64,000 nucleotides of DNA, from assembly GCA_965219445.1 (NCBI GenBank), contig CBDCNQ010000003.1, positions 446,098-510,097 on the forward strand. The letters are read 5' to 3'. Below the pieces are notes generated by a model that had not been told where the DNA came from, did not search any database, and saw only the letters and a list, made by a program, of their open reading frames with translations. Both the position numbers and the translations under genes were made by a program. Origin of the DNA: Longimicrobiales bacterium. Its GTDB lineage: Bacteria > Gemmatimonadota > Gemmatimonadetes > Longimicrobiales > Gaopeijiaceae. Each line of letters begins with the position of its first letter. The first letter of the stretch is position 1. Shown in pieces: positions 8,512-18,820 of this stretch.

Positions 8512-11141
8512 GCGTCCTCCCCCGAAAGAGACTTCTTATGCAGTTCGAACAACAGGTCCAAGGCCTCCTTGGGCGTCATCGCTTCCGGATCGATCGCCCG
8601 GAGTTGCTTTAGCAAGGCCGGCTCACCGGCTGCAAAGAATGAAAGCTGATCGAGCGAAGGTTCCGACGCCGGACGATGAGAGCCGAACCGGCCCAAACCC
8701 TCTCCTCCTCCGGTGTGTGTTCCCTCCAACTCGGTCAGAAGTTCCCTCGCGCGGGCAATCACATTACCGGGGAATCCGGCCAAGCGCGCCACCTGGATTC
8801 CGTATGACCGGTCGGCGCCCCCCCTCTCGAGCCTGCGAAGGAAAACGATCTCCTCTCCGACCTCCCGCACGGCCACGTTCATGTTCATGACGCCGGGCAG
8901 CAGGTCACCGAGTTGGGTCAACTCGTGATAGTGCGTGGCGAAGATCGTCTTCGCTCCGATTTCTTCATGTAGGTGCTCGGTGACCGCCCAGGCAATGGAA
9001 ACGCCGTCGTAGGTGGAGGTGCCGCGACCGATCTCGTCGAGGAGAACGAGGCTCCGCTCGCTGGCGCCATGGATGATGGAGGCGGTCTCGTTCATCTCCA
9101 CCATGAAAGTCGACTGGCCACGAGCCAGGTTGTCGGAAGCGCCCACACGAGTAAAGATCCGGTCGCAGACCGGAAGGCGTGCCCGGTCCGCTGGCACGAA
9201 CGATCCCACTTGCGCCATCAGATGGATGAGCCCGACCTGCCGGAGCACGGTGGACTTTCCCGCCATGTTGGGCCCGGTGAGCACCACGATGCGGCGGGCC
9301 TCGTCCAGCGCCACGTCGTTCGGGATGAACGACTCGGTGGGCATCATCAGCTCGACCACCGGGTGCCGGCTCGCAAGAATTTTCACGTCGAATCCCGTGT
9401 GGACCTCGGGCCTTACGTAGCCGCGTCTTTCCGCGACGTGGGCTAGCGTGCTCAACACGTCGAGCCGGGCGGCGCGGCTTCCGGCCTCCTGGATTCGCAT
9501 CATCTCGGCCGCCACCCGGGCACGAACCTCATTGAAGAGTGCAGCCTCCAGCTTATCCATGCGGTCCTCGGCGTCGAAGACCCGTTCCTCCCACTCCTTC
9601 AGTTCGGGAGTGAAGTAGCGCTCCGCGTTAGCCAACGTCTGCTTGCGGACATAATCGTCAGGAACCTTATCGAGGTTCGCCTTGCTGACCTCCAAGTAGT
9701 ACCCGAACACCTTGTTGAAGCCGACCTTGAGCGATGAAATGTCGGTACGCTCGCGTTCCCGGCTCTGTAGTGCGGCGATGAAGTCGCGGGCACCGTCCCG
9801 AGTCGCTCGAAGCTCGTCCAGATCGGCGGAGTACCCCTCGCGGATGATCCCTCCGTCCTGGAGTGTGGCAGGGGCATCGGGTGAAACGGCGACTTCGACC
9901 AAATCCCGAACATCCTGAAGTAGATCCGTTTCAGTGACTAGACCTCTTAGAAGCGCGCTCTCCGCGCCCGCGCCCGCCTCCTGGATAGCCGGAAGCTGGG
10001 CGAGCGACCGGCCGAGGCCGAGAAGCTCCCTTGGCGAAACGCGCCCGGCACCCACCTTCCCGGCCAACCGCTCCAGATCGGTCATGCGGCCGAGGGCATC
10101 CCGAAGACGGGTGCGCAAATCGGGCCCGTCGAACAGCTCCGCGACGGCCTCCTGCCTTCGCCAGATCTCCTCCGCATCCACCAAGGGGGTCAGAATCCAA
10201 CGCCGGAGCGCCCGTCCACCCATGGCGGTCACGGTCTCGTCGAGCACCCACACGAGCGTGCCGCCCTCCTCGCCTACCCGGAGGGGCTCGACCAATTCCA
10301 GGTTACGACGTGTCATCTCGTCGAGGAGCATCGCACTCCCTCGACGAACGATCTGCGGCCGACGCAGGTGCCCTATTCCTCCAGGCCGGATCTCCGCCAC
10401 GTAGGCGAGAAGCGCTCCGGTGGCCTGAACAAGCAAACGGTCCTCCCGTTGGAATCCGAACGCGTCGAGGCTCTGGATCCCATATCGGCGCTTCATCTCG
10501 TCGGCCGCAGAAGCGTAGTCGAAGACCCAGTCGTCGCGGTACGTGCGCAGACGACCGGAGAGCGCAGCACCCCAGGGGTCTAGGCCATTCCCAGCCTCTT
10601 CGAATACGCGCGGCAACAACAATTCGGTCGGATCGAGCCGGCCCAGCTCGGCTTCCAACTCGGGGACGAGCACGTCTTGGACCGAGAACTCGCCGGTGGA
10701 AAGATCGAGCGTGGCGAGACCCAGATGCTCCTCCGACGGCTCCGTCAGAGCGACCAAAAAGTTATTTCTCTTTGCGGTCAGGAGCGCGTCCTGAAGGACG
10801 GTGCCGGGCGTCACCGTCTCCGTGACTTCGCGCCGAACGATCCCCTTGGCTTCGGCCGGGTCCTCCACTTGATCACAGATGGCGACCCTCTGCCCCAGCG
10901 CGACAAGCCGTCCCAGGTACTCGTCCAGTGCCTTGGCAGGAACACCGGCGAGGGGCACGCGAGCGGCCGCTCCGTTGTTTCGAGACGTGAGCGTCAATCC
11001 AAGGAGCCGGGATCCCTCCTCGGCGTCTCCGAAGAACAACTCGTAGAAGTCCCCGACCCGGAAGAAGACGAGAGCGTCCCTGTTCTGGGACTTGACCTCT
11101 CGCCACTGGCGCATCAGTGGGGTATCGTCAGCCTGTGGCAT
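8508..11141 (-). CDS. mutS: DNA mismatch repair protein MutS
   Basis: TPLMRQW, GDFYELF, TGPNMAGKST, DRIFTRVGASD, DEIGRGTST, SYGIQVARLAG. Confidence 0.98.
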   Translation of the reverse strand: MPQADDTPLMRQWREVKSQNRDALVFFRVGDFYELFFGDAEEGSRLLGLTLTSRNNGAAARVPLAGVPAKALDEYLGRLVALGQRVAICDQVEDPAEAKGIVRREVTETVTPGTVLQDALLTAKRNNFLVALTEPSEEHLGLATLDLSTGEFSVQDVLVPELEAELGRLDPTELLLPRVFEEAGNGLDPWGAALSGRLRTYRDDWVFDYASAADEMKRRYGIQSLDAFGFQREDRLLVQATGALLAYVAEIRPGGIGHLRRPQIVRRGSAMLLDEMTRRNLELVEPLRVGEEGGTLVWVLDETVTAMGGRALRRWILTPLVDAEEIWRRQEAVAELFDGPDLRTRLRDALGRMTDLERLAGKVGAGRVSPRELLGLGRSLAQLPAIQEAGAGAESALLRGLVTETDLLQDVRDLVEVAVSPDAPATLQDGGIIREGYSADLDELRATRDGARDFIAALQSRERERTDISSLKVGFNKVFGYYLEVSKANLDKVPDDYVRKQTLANAERYFTPELKEWEERVFDAEDRMDKLEAALFNEVRARVAAEMMRIQEAGSRAARLDVLSTLAHVAERRGYVRPEVHTGFDVKILASRHPVVELMMPTESFIPNDVALDEARRIVVLTGPNMAGKSTVLRQVGLIHLMAQVGSFVPADRARLPVCDRIFTRVGASDNLARGQSTFMVEMNETASIIHGASERSLVLLDEIGRGTSTYDGVSIAWAVTEHLHEEIGAKTIFATHYHELTQLGDLLPGVMNMNVAVREVGEEIVFLRRLERGGADRSYGIQVARLAGFPGNVIARARELLTELEGTHTGGGEGLGRFGSHRPASEPSLDQLSFFAAGEPALLKQLRAIDPEAMTPKEALDLLFELHKKSLSGEDA

Positions 11142-11236
11142 TACGTGGGGTTACAGGGCTCGGGCGTCTCGTGAATGCGAGGATGTGTCGTAGGATACCT
11201 GTCGGCCGGAACCCGATCAACCGACCGCAAAGCGAA

Positions 11237-11282
11237 GAGGATTCCCCACGTCTCGCCAGGAGGATTCCCCATGTCTCGCCAG
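11237..11282 (+). repeat. 23-bp tandem duplication spanning the RBS and start codon of the GT4 gene
   Basis: GAGGATTCCCCACGTCTCGCCAG (11237-11259) then GAGGATTCCCCATGTCTCGCCAG (11260-11282); single mismatch ACG/ATG. Confidence 0.9.
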
Positions 11283-12380
11283 GAGAGGGCACCGTTACGG
11301 ATCATCGCCCATGACGGTGCATCCGAGTGGGGCGGCGGGGAGATCGCACTGGTCGATCTTCTGATCGGCCTGGCGAGCCGCGGCCATGAAGTCACGCTCC
11401 TTTGCAACCGAAGGCTGGTGGCGGAGGCGGCACAAGCGAGGGGAGTCGAAACGCGTCTGTTGAGGTTGGGCGGGGACCTTGCCCTCCACCACGCGCTTCG
11501 CCTCGGTTGGGTGCTCCGGCGTAAGCGGCCGGACGCGTTCATCGTCGGGACGTTCCGGAAGCTCTGGCTAGCGGCGGCAGCCGCGAGAATGGCCCGGGTC
11601 CCCAAGGTCATGGCACGGATCGGACTCTCGAGCGACACCCCGAGGAACTTCAAGTACCGGTTCGTCCTGAGACGCTGGGTGGATCACGTGGTCTTCGTAG
11701 CCGATGCGATGCGCAAGTCATATATCGAGGTTCTACCCGAGCTCGATCATCACTTTACGACGATCTACAAGGGTCTTCCCCAGCTGGGCCCACGCCTCAC
11801 GAAGGAGGCCGCGAGGCAGGCCCTCGGCCTGCCGACGAACGTGTCCCTCCTGGGGAGTGTCAGCCGACTCGTTTCCCAAAAGCGCCTGGACCGCCTGCTC
11901 GAAGCCATGGTGTTCCTACACGAAGACGCCCATCTGGCCATCGCGGGAGAGGGTCCACTCCGTGGGGCCCTCGGACAGCGCGCCCGCACGCTCCGACTCC
12001 GCAACCGGGTGCATTTTCTCGGCTACCAGCCGAGCATCGCACCCTTGATGGACGCCGTCGACGCTCTCGTCATCACGTCTGACCGAGAAGGGATGTCCGG
12101 CGCCATGATCCAGGCGATGTCGAGAGGCGTCCCCGTGGTCTCCACCGATGTCTCGGGTGCGCGTGAAGCGCTGGAGCCCGGACCGAACGGCCGCGCACCC
12201 GGACTGGTCACGGGCTTCGCACCCCCAGAGATCGCCTCAGCCCTGAACTCGGTTCTATACGACCGAGAACTTCTCGGCGAGATGGGACGCGCCGCAGAGC
12301 AGTGCTATCGGGAACGCTTTTCGTACGAAGGGATGCTGGACGGTTGGGAGGCGTTACTCCACGGCTCTTCTCGGGGATGA
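11271..12380 (+). CDS. Glycosyltransferase family 4 (GT-B)
   Basis: WGGGE, VSRLVSQKRLD, TSDREGMSGAMIQAMSRGVPVVST; SD AGGAGG before the ATG at 11271. Confidence 0.88.
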   Translation: MSRQERAPLRIIAHDGASEWGGGEIALVDLLIGLASRGHEVTLLCNRRLVAEAAQARGVETRLLRLGGDLALHHALRLGWVLRRKRPDAFIVGTFRKLWLAAAAARMARVPKVMARIGLSSDTPRNFKYRFVLRRWVDHVVFVADAMRKSYIEVLPELDHHFTTIYKGLPQLGPRLTKEAARQALGLPTNVSLLGSVSRLVSQKRLDRLLEAMVFLHEDAHLAIAGEGPLRGALGQRARTLRLRNRVHFLGYQPSIAPLMDAVDALVITSDREGMSGAMIQAMSRGVPVVSTDVSGAREALEPGPNGRAPGLVTGFAPPEIASALNSVLYDRELLGEMGRAAEQCYRERFSYEGMLDGWEALLHGSSRG

Positions 12381-12415
12381 GCTGCCGTCTCACTCGTCTG
12401 CCCCAGCCGTTCGGC

Positions 12416-12508
12416 TCAGCCCTCTCCTGACAACCAGAAGTACCACACGATCCACACGATTGCCAGAACCGCGCCCACGTTCACAAGAACCACGTCGATG
12501 GCTATCAC
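12416..12508 (-). CDS. 30-aa single-TM microprotein coupled to copA
   Basis: Manual translation [30 protein letters not shown]; the GTG start overlaps the copA TGA. Confidence 0.65.
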   Translation of the reverse strand: MIAIDVVLVNVGAVLAIVWIVWYFWLSGEG

Positions 12509-14862
12509 CCGGCCCCTGACTCCGCAACCCCTCGGGGCTTGAAGCCCCTCAGGCGATTCGCGTTGGTCACCACCGTCACCGAACTGAACGCCATGGCCGC
12601 CCCTGCTATGACGGGCGACAACAGGATGCCGAGGAACGGATAGAACACCCCAGCCGCCACTGGAATCCCGAGCACGTTGTAAATGAAGGCGCCCACAAGG
12701 TTCTGCCGGATGTTGGCGAACGTAGCCTCCGAGATCTCCATGAGTTCGACCACGCCCTCCAAGGATCCGCCCATGAGCGTGACGTCGCCGGCCTCCATCG
12801 CCACGTCCGTTCCGGTCCCGATGGCGATCCCGACATCCGCCTGGGCGAGAGCCGGCGCGTCGTTGATGCCGTCGCCCACCATGGCCACCTTTCCACCCTG
12901 CTTCTGGAGTTCAGCGACGCGGTGGGCCTTCTGCTCTGGCAGCACGCGGGCCAACACGGTATCGACCCCAACCTCTCGTGCTACGGCCCGGGCGGTCGCT
13001 TCGTGGTCACCCGTTAGGATCACGACATGCTTACCCATGGCCTGGAGCCTGCGTATGGCCACCGCCGAATCCGCCTTTACAGGATCGAAGATTCCGAGGG
13101 CGCCCAGAGCCCTCCCCTCCGCCGCGACCAAGATCGGGGTACGCCCCTCCGCCGCCAGCTCGGTCGCCGTCCGCTCCAGGTCCTCGGTTTCCACGCCGGC
13201 CTGCGATAGGAAGGAGGCGGTGCCCACGAGCACGATTCTCTCACCCACAGTGGCCTGCACCCCCTGACCCGGGATCGCCGCAAAATCCGTCGCGCGGTCG
13301 GAGTGGACCCCGCGGACGGAGGCGCCATCGACCACGGCCGCCCCCAGCGGATGCTCCGAACCCGCCTCGACCGCGGCGGCCAGCCCCAGAAGTTCCGCTT
13401 CACTCACCCCCTCGCGCGGAACCAGATCGGTGAGGGTCGCGGCCCCCTGCGTCACGGTACCGGTCTTGTCGAGCACGATGGTGTCCACGTTGCGGGCCCG
13501 CTGTAACGCCTCGCCGTTCCGGATGAGTATCCCGTGCTCGGCGGCCTTCCCCACGGCGACCATGATCGAGATCGGCGTGGCCAAACCCAGTGCGCACGGG
13601 CAAGCGATCACGAGGACCGCGACCGCCACAACGACCGCGTAGCTCAGCGCAGGCACCGGACCGAACGTGTACCAGGCAGCGAAGGAAATCACAGAAATGA
13701 TCATGACGGAGGGCACGAAGTAGCTCGCCACCACGTCCACCACCCTCTGGATCGGCGGCTTGGCACCCTGCGCATCCCGCACCATCCTGACGATGCGTGA
13801 CAGGACCATCTCGCTTCCCACCCGGTCGGCCACGAAGTGGATTACGCCCGAAGCGTTGATCGTGCCGCCGACGACCTCGTCGCCTGGAGCCTTTTCGACA
13901 GGCATGCTCTCACCGGTGACCATCGACTCGTCCACGGCACTCCGACCCTCCTGAACGAGCCCGTCAACCGGAATCTTTTCTCCGGGGCGCACCACTACCA
14001 TCTCACCCACACCCACCTCGGCGGCCGGAATCTCCAACTCCGCACCATCGCGAATGACCCTGGCGAGGGGAGGACGGAGGTCCATGAGGCGTCGAACGGC
14101 CTGGGAGGTCCGGCCCTTCGCTCGGGCCTCGAGCGCCTGCCCGAGCACGACGAGCGTGATTACGACAGCCGCCGCCTCGTAGAACGGGTGGGCCGTCCCC
14201 TCGGGAAAGAGCCCGGGTAAGGCAACCGCCACCGTCGAATAGACCCACGCCGCCCCCGTCCCCAGAGCGACCAGTGTATCCATGTTGGCGTCGTGCCGCC
14301 GAAAGGCCGCCCATCCACCCGTAAAGAAACGCCCACCGACATACACCATGATCGGGATTGTCAAAAAGCCACTGAGGGTCCACAAACCCCGCATCACACC
14401 GGGACTCAGGTCCTGGAGTCCGGGAACGAACTGCGCATGCCCTATGATCAAAACGGGCACGCCTAGCAGAGCTCCAATCTGGAAGCGGCGAAGAAGCCCC
14501 CTCGCCTCCACCTCCCTTTCCTCGTCACGACGCCGGAGGGTCTCTTCGATGGCCTCCGTCTCGGCGGTCGAGTCGACATCGTAGCCGGCCCCGACCACGG
14601 CCTCTCGAATAGCATCCGTTTCCAGAGCCCCAGGAACGTACTGCACACGGGCGGATTCGGTGGCGAGGCTGACCTCTACGTGAGCGACGCCGGGAACGCC
14701 GGCCACCGCACTCTCCACACGCCGGACGCACGCCGCACAGGTCATTCCGCTAATCGGAATCTCCTGGGTGAGGGGCGCGTTCACCGAATCGGGCTCTACC
14801 GCAGAGGGAGCCGGACCGACCTCAGAATAGGACGGATCACTCGAGGATGACGTACTCTTCAC
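12505..14862 (-). CDS. copA: Cu(I)-translocating P1B-1 ATPase
   Basis: HMA GMTCAAC, TGES, CPC, DKTGT, SEHP, GDGIND, YN and MAFSS. Confidence 0.93.
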   Translation of the reverse strand: MKSTSSSSDPSYSEVGPAPSAVEPDSVNAPLTQEIPISGMTCAACVRRVESAVAGVPGVAHVEVSLATESARVQYVPGALETDAIREAVVGAGYDVDSTAETEAIEETLRRRDEEREVEARGLLRRFQIGALLGVPVLIIGHAQFVPGLQDLSPGVMRGLWTLSGFLTIPIMVYVGGRFFTGGWAAFRRHDANMDTLVALGTGAAWVYSTVAVALPGLFPEGTAHPFYEAAAVVITLVVLGQALEARAKGRTSQAVRRLMDLRPPLARVIRDGAELEIPAAEVGVGEMVVVRPGEKIPVDGLVQEGRSAVDESMVTGESMPVEKAPGDEVVGGTINASGVIHFVADRVGSEMVLSRIVRMVRDAQGAKPPIQRVVDVVASYFVPSVMIISVISFAAWYTFGPVPALSYAVVVAVAVLVIACPCALGLATPISIMVAVGKAAEHGILIRNGEALQRARNVDTIVLDKTGTVTQGAATLTDLVPREGVSEAELLGLAAAVEAGSEHPLGAAVVDGASVRGVHSDRATDFAAIPGQGVQATVGERIVLVGTASFLSQAGVETEDLERTATELAAEGRTPILVAAEGRALGALGIFDPVKADSAVAIRRLQAMGKHVVILTGDHEATARAVAREVGVDTVLARVLPEQKAHRVAELQKQGGKVAMVGDGINDAPALAQADVGIAIGTGTDVAMEAGDVTLMGGSLEGVVELMEISEATFANIRQNLVGAFIYNVLGIPVAAGVFYPFLGILLSPVIAGAAMAFSSVTVVTNANRLRGFKPRGVAESGAG

Positions 14863-14916
14863 GGGAACCCCCGCATGATTATCCTTCTCGGCGCCCGGCG
14901 CTTCCGGGCCACCGCG

Positions 14917-15486
14917 CTAGAACGCCCCCGAAAGCTTTCCGAAGACGTATAGCACGATCAACACGCCCACGACCGCCACCCAGCGGAGCACTTTTAACGC
15001 CGCTAGCGAATGAGGGTCCACAGCGCTGACCGCCGTCGTCGGCGAACCCGACGACCCACGTCGAATCCCCTTCAACTCCGTGAGGTTCCGAAGGAGGCCT
15101 CCAAGCTTCGCCTCGAGCTCCAGAGGACTGCTCGGCTTCGTGATGAAGTGATTGCCTCCGAGTCCGTAGCTCTTGGCAACATCCTCGTCTCGGTCGGACG
15201 ACGAAAGAACCGCTACGGGAACCGAACGAAGCGCGTCATCCCTCTTGATCGCCTCGAGAGCCTCATGGCCTCCCATACCCGGCATTTTCAGGTCTAGTAA
15301 GAGTAGATCGGGGACGGATTCCTTGAGCAGGTCGAGCGCCTCGCTACCTGTGCGAGCCCTCCGGATCTCCACTGGGACGCCAGCGGCCCCCCTAAGAGCA
15401 CGCTCGATGATCAGAGTGTAGTCGTCGTCGTCGTCGACGAGAAGCACGCGCCACTCGGTCTTCGGTACCCCCTGGAACTCGTTCAC
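14917..15486 (-). CDS. Single-domain response regulator with C-terminal TM helix
   Basis: GTG start overlaps the upstream stop; VLLVDDD, LLDLKMP, LSSS, FITKP; tail WVAVVGVLIVLYVFG. Confidence 0.85.
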   Translation of the reverse strand: MNEFQGVPKTEWRVLLVDDDDDYTLIIERALRGAAGVPVEIRRARTGSEALDLLKESVPDLLLLDLKMPGMGGHEALEAIKRDDALRSVPVAVLSSSDRDEDVAKSYGLGGNHFITKPSSPLELEAKLGGLLRNLTELKGIRRGSSGSPTTAVSAVDPHSLAALKVLRWVAVVGVLIVLYVFGKLSGAF

Positions 15487-16316
15487 TGCATCGGCTCCTC
15501 TTCGGCCACGTCCATCGCGATCGTCGCCTGGTGCCCGCGTCCCCTCACGCGATCCATCAGCTCGACGGCTCCTGTGCGGTCGAGAAACGCCCCGATTCGC
15601 ACGTGCACCAGCGCACTCCCAGTGACGCGGACGAGCCTCGCCCGGAAGCCAGAAGCGTTGACCGACGCCAATAAGTTTCTCGCGCGCTCCTCGTTCTCGA
15701 ACGCACCGACCTGGACGGCGTATCGGGTTGACACCGCTTCGGCAGGTTCCGGGGCGTCCACCTCGGGTTCCCGGGATTCGGGTTCCGGGAATTCGGGCTC
15801 CACGGACCGTATTTCCCGGGATTCGGCATCCGCGAGTTCCGCCTCCCCGACCGCCACGAAGTTCTCGTCGAGCCATTCCTGCGCGCGACGGCGTTGCGGA
15901 CTTCTCGGGTAGTCCGTCACCAGGGTCCGGAAATAACCCGCGGCGCGAGGAAGGTCCTCGGCTGCGGCCGAGATCAACCCCAGGCGTAGCAGTGCCTCAT
16001 CGGAGTGCGATCCACCCGGGTACTCCAACACCAAACGCTGAAAGTCGAGGCTCGCCATGCGTGGATCCACGGTGAGAATAGCCCTCAACCAGAGCCCCCG
16101 CTGCCGGTCGCGCCGGCCCGATCGCGCGCGATCATTCTCCCACCAAGCCTCGAGCGCGGTCCGGGCTTCGTCCGCTCGGCCGGCCGAGGCCAATGAATCC
16201 ACCAGGTCCAAGGTCTCCTGAGCGCCCATCGGAACCGCGACGCCCATCGCCAGGATCAGGGCAGAGAAATGAATTACGCCGCGACGTCTTCGCGGCTCAT
16301 CAACGTAAGAAGCCAT
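15483..16316 (-). CDS. Secreted TPR + SPOR domain protein (start uncertain)
   Basis: Signal-like N-terminus, TPR LVLEYPGGSHSDEALLRLG, C-terminal YAVQVGAF...VRIGAF. Confidence 0.8.
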   Translation of the reverse strand: MASYVDEPRRRRGVIHFSALILAMGVAVPMGAQETLDLVDSLASAGRADEARTALEAWWENDRARSGRRDRQRGLWLRAILTVDPRMASLDFQRLVLEYPGGSHSDEALLRLGLISAAAEDLPRAAGYFRTLVTDYPRSPQRRRAQEWLDENFVAVGEAELADAESREIRSVEPEFPEPESREPEVDAPEPAEAVSTRYAVQVGAFENEERARNLLASVNASGFRARLVRVTGSALVHVRIGAFLDRTGAVELMDRVRGRGHQATIAMDVAEEEPMQ

Positions 16317-17278
16317 TCTTCCAAGTGATGCTCGTCCGAAAGTGAACTCGCCTTCAATAAGCGATCGACCCGAAGCAGGCCCAATACCGCCAACCGGATT
16401 GTATCCGTGGTCCATCCCCTGGCCTGCGCATCGATCTGCCCGGAAAGCCACCTTTGATGTGGGGGAAGTACGTCCTCGACGGCCCCCGGGCCGCCCTCAA
16501 CCACCAAGCCGATTCTCAGCAAGTGGGTCGACAGCCCGACGGCCAGACCGACACCGGTCTCACCCTGGTTCAAGAGTACCCGGAGCCCCGTCACGGCCTC
16601 TCGGAAACGGCGTGCCCCTACGAGATCGAACCACTTCCACCGATCCTGCTTCGGCAAAGCGGTCCCCGCTGACCGAACATGCGCCAGGGTAATCCGCTCT
16701 TCGTCTCCGGCAACGGCCGTGAGCTTTTCGAGTTCCCGTGAAAGGATACCTAGATCCGCCCCGATCGCCTGGCCAAGCGCCCTGGCGGCATCAGGCTCCA
16801 TGGTCGCCCCGAAACGGGTGACGGCCTCCTCCATCAACCACCCGGGAACGTCATCCTGCGAGATCATGGCAAACTCCACCGATTGAGCCCGCTTGATCAG
16901 AGTCCGGTAAAACTTCGCCTTCGAGCGCTCCGGAATCAGTGCTGAGAGAATCAGGGCGAGATCGGGCATGGGATTTTCGACTAGACCGAGTATGAGATCC
17001 CGGGATCGGGCAGCTCCGGCGAAGGCTTCGGCGCCCCTCACCACAACCACCCTTCGCTCGGCCATCATGGGAGGGGTGGCCAGTATTCGGGCGAGATCCT
17101 CAACATTTACTTCGGAGGCCACTAGCACATCCAGGTTGAAGTCTCGAGTCCCCTGATCCAGATGAGCGTCCACCAAGGCCTTGACGGCCTCCCCTTTGCG
17201 ATGCTCATCATCTCCATAAAGGAAGAAAACCCCGCCCGGGGATCCCTGCGGGAGGACCTGCCGGAGAGGGTTCTTCAT
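16274..17278 (-). CDS. holA: DNA polymerase III subunit delta
   Basis: FFLYGDDEH, DFNLDVL, TPPMMAERRVVVV, IGADLGILSRELEKL, VDRLLK. Confidence 0.88.
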   Translation of the reverse strand: MKNPLRQVLPQGSPGGVFFLYGDDEHRKGEAVKALVDAHLDQGTRDFNLDVLVASEVNVEDLARILATPPMMAERRVVVVRGAEAFAGAARSRDLILGLVENPMPDLALILSALIPERSKAKFYRTLIKRAQSVEFAMISQDDVPGWLMEEAVTRFGATMEPDAARALGQAIGADLGILSRELEKLTAVAGDEERITLAHVRSAGTALPKQDRWKWFDLVGARRFREAVTGLRVLLNQGETGVGLAVGLSTHLLRIGLVVEGGPGAVEDVLPPHQRWLSGQIDAQARGWTTDTIRLAVLGLLRVDRLLKASSLSDEHHLEEWLLTLMSREDVAA

Positions 17279-17312
17279 AGCGGTGGCTGATTCCTCAGAT
17301 GCGTTTGTCCGC

Positions 17313-17894
17313 TCAATCGAGACCCGTTCTTCGAAGCATTTGTTCGCCACGATCCCGGTCACCACGATACCGCTCACTCATTGGAGAATACTCATAGAGG
17401 AGGCTCTTCGCGTCGGACCATAGCCCTCCCGGGAACAGACCGGAAGGCGCCGGCACATCGGTAGAGACCGGCGTGGGCCCAAGTGCGTCGGGGTCGAGAG
17501 GCGAGGCGGGCATCGGTGGACCCGATACGACGATCGCCGGTAGAGCGACTTCGGGAATGCCACTCCCGATCGTTGGCGACCAAGCGACCGCGGTGAGCAG
17601 AATCGCCATCCCCAGCACGGTGACCGCCGGAGTGGCGGAGCCTCTCCCGGTCTGGGCCACCGACCCGGCGTCGTCCACATGGAACAGTCGGTGCTGGAGC
17701 CGCGGGCGGAAGCTCTCGGCGAGTTCAGCCCTGGGCATCACATGGAGTAAGGCCACACTCCGTGAAACGACTTCCTGGTATCGAGCACACTTCTCACACG
17801 ACGCCATGTGAGCCTCGGCTTCCTGCCGTATCGGAGCTCCAGTGGGAGCGTCGTAAAACTCTGAAAACTGGCTTAAAAATTCCGAGCAACTCAT
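17313..17894 (-). CDS. Zinc-finger (HxxxCxxC) anti-sigma factor with one TM helix
   Basis: MSCSEF...EAHMASCEKC; TM VLGMAILLTAVAW; lies downstream of an ECF sigma. Confidence 0.85.
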   Translation of the reverse strand: MSCSEFLSQFSEFYDAPTGAPIRQEAEAHMASCEKCARYQEVVSRSVALLHVMPRAELAESFRPRLQHRLFHVDDAGSVAQTGRGSATPAVTVLGMAILLTAVAWSPTIGSGIPEVALPAIVVSGPPMPASPLDPDALGPTPVSTDVPAPSGLFPGGLWSDAKSLLYEYSPMSERYRGDRDRGEQMLRRTGLD

Positions 17895-17951
17895 AGAGCG
17901 AGACGGACTCCTGATCCGAGTTCGTGCACGGCAACACGCCGTCGAGCTTGG

Positions 17952-17981
17952 GTATTACGTGCACCGCTCAGCGGTGTTCCC
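17952..17981 (-). promoter_or_regulatory. Putative ECF-sigma promoter of the anti-sigma gene
   Basis: GGGAAC-N16-CGTAATAC; same architecture as 35663-35692. Confidence 0.6.
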
Positions 17982-18035
17982 TCTTGGGAGTTGATACTCG
18001 GAGACCAGCGAAGAGAAAAAGAGGTGTTTGGGAAG

Positions 18036-18677
18036 TCAGTCGAGCGTAGGCGCGATCACTCGGGCGAAATTGTTGCGTGCCCGGTTCAGGCGGCTTTTCA
18101 CCGTGCCTAGATTGCATCCCGTGATTTCTGCGATTTCCTCATAGGTCTTGCCCTCGAGCTCACGAAGCACGAAGACGATCCGGTGATGCTCCGGCAACTG
18201 GGTCACTGCCTTTTCGACCAAATCCTTGAGGTGTCGCTTGCGGAAGAGATCGTCGGGTCTGTAGGTCGAGTCCTCCCATTCTAGCGGCCTGTGATCCGCC
18301 TCCCAGTTCTTCCGGATGGTCTGGAAAAGCACCAATGGGTTTCTCGAACGATTCCGTAACTCGTTCTTGGCCAGGTTTCCAGCGATCGTGTAGATCCAGG
18401 TTGAAAACTTCTTGGTCTGGTCGAAACGGTGCATGTGGCGGTACACCCTGACGAACGTCTCTTGTACGAGATCCTGCGCCCGCTCACGATCGCCGACGGT
18501 GCGATAGACGAAGTTCAAGAGGCGTCCATCGTACCGTTTTACCAGCTCTCCAAAAGCGCGCTCGTCACCGTCCAGGAAGGCCCGGACGACATCACTGTCG
18601 CCGAGTTGCCCCAGCATCTTACGATGCTCTTTTGCCTCGCCTCCCGGCAGAACCCGGATTTCGGCTGTGTTCTTCAC
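18036..18677 (-). CDS. ECF sigma factor (RpoE/SigW-like)
   Basis: AQDLVQETFVRVY, FSTWIYTIAGN, YEEIAEITGCNLGTVKSRLNRAR; SD AAGGAG. Confidence 0.93.
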   Translation of the reverse strand: MKNTAEIRVLPGGEAKEHRKMLGQLGDSDVVRAFLDGDERAFGELVKRYDGRLLNFVYRTVGDRERAQDLVQETFVRVYRHMHRFDQTKKFSTWIYTIAGNLAKNELRNRSRNPLVLFQTIRKNWEADHRPLEWEDSTYRPDDLFRKRHLKDLVEKAVTQLPEHHRIVFVLRELEGKTYEEIAEITGCNLGTVKSRLNRARNNFARVIAPTLD

Positions 18678-18728
18678 GTCTCGACTCTCCTTCTACGGAG
18701 CACTCACCCGTCCCATCCTATCGCCAAC

Positions 18729-18743
18729 GCACATACCGTGCCA
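18729..18743 (-). promoter_or_regulatory. Putative sigma54 (-24/-12) promoter of the ECF sigma gene
   Basis: TGGCACGGTATGTGC = GG-N10-GC, about 50 nt upstream of the start, with an AT-rich tract further upstream. Confidence 0.6.
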
Positions 18744-18820
18744 CTCCGGTGTATGCCAAAATAACATATTTTTCCGCCCTTCTTACGGACCTGACCGTCC
18801 CACTCTAGGGACGCCTCATC

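Noticed and set aside
15750..15830. Short repeats in the SPOR gene linker
   Set aside because: They encode a low-complexity EPE-rich linker; not CRISPR and not a regular array.
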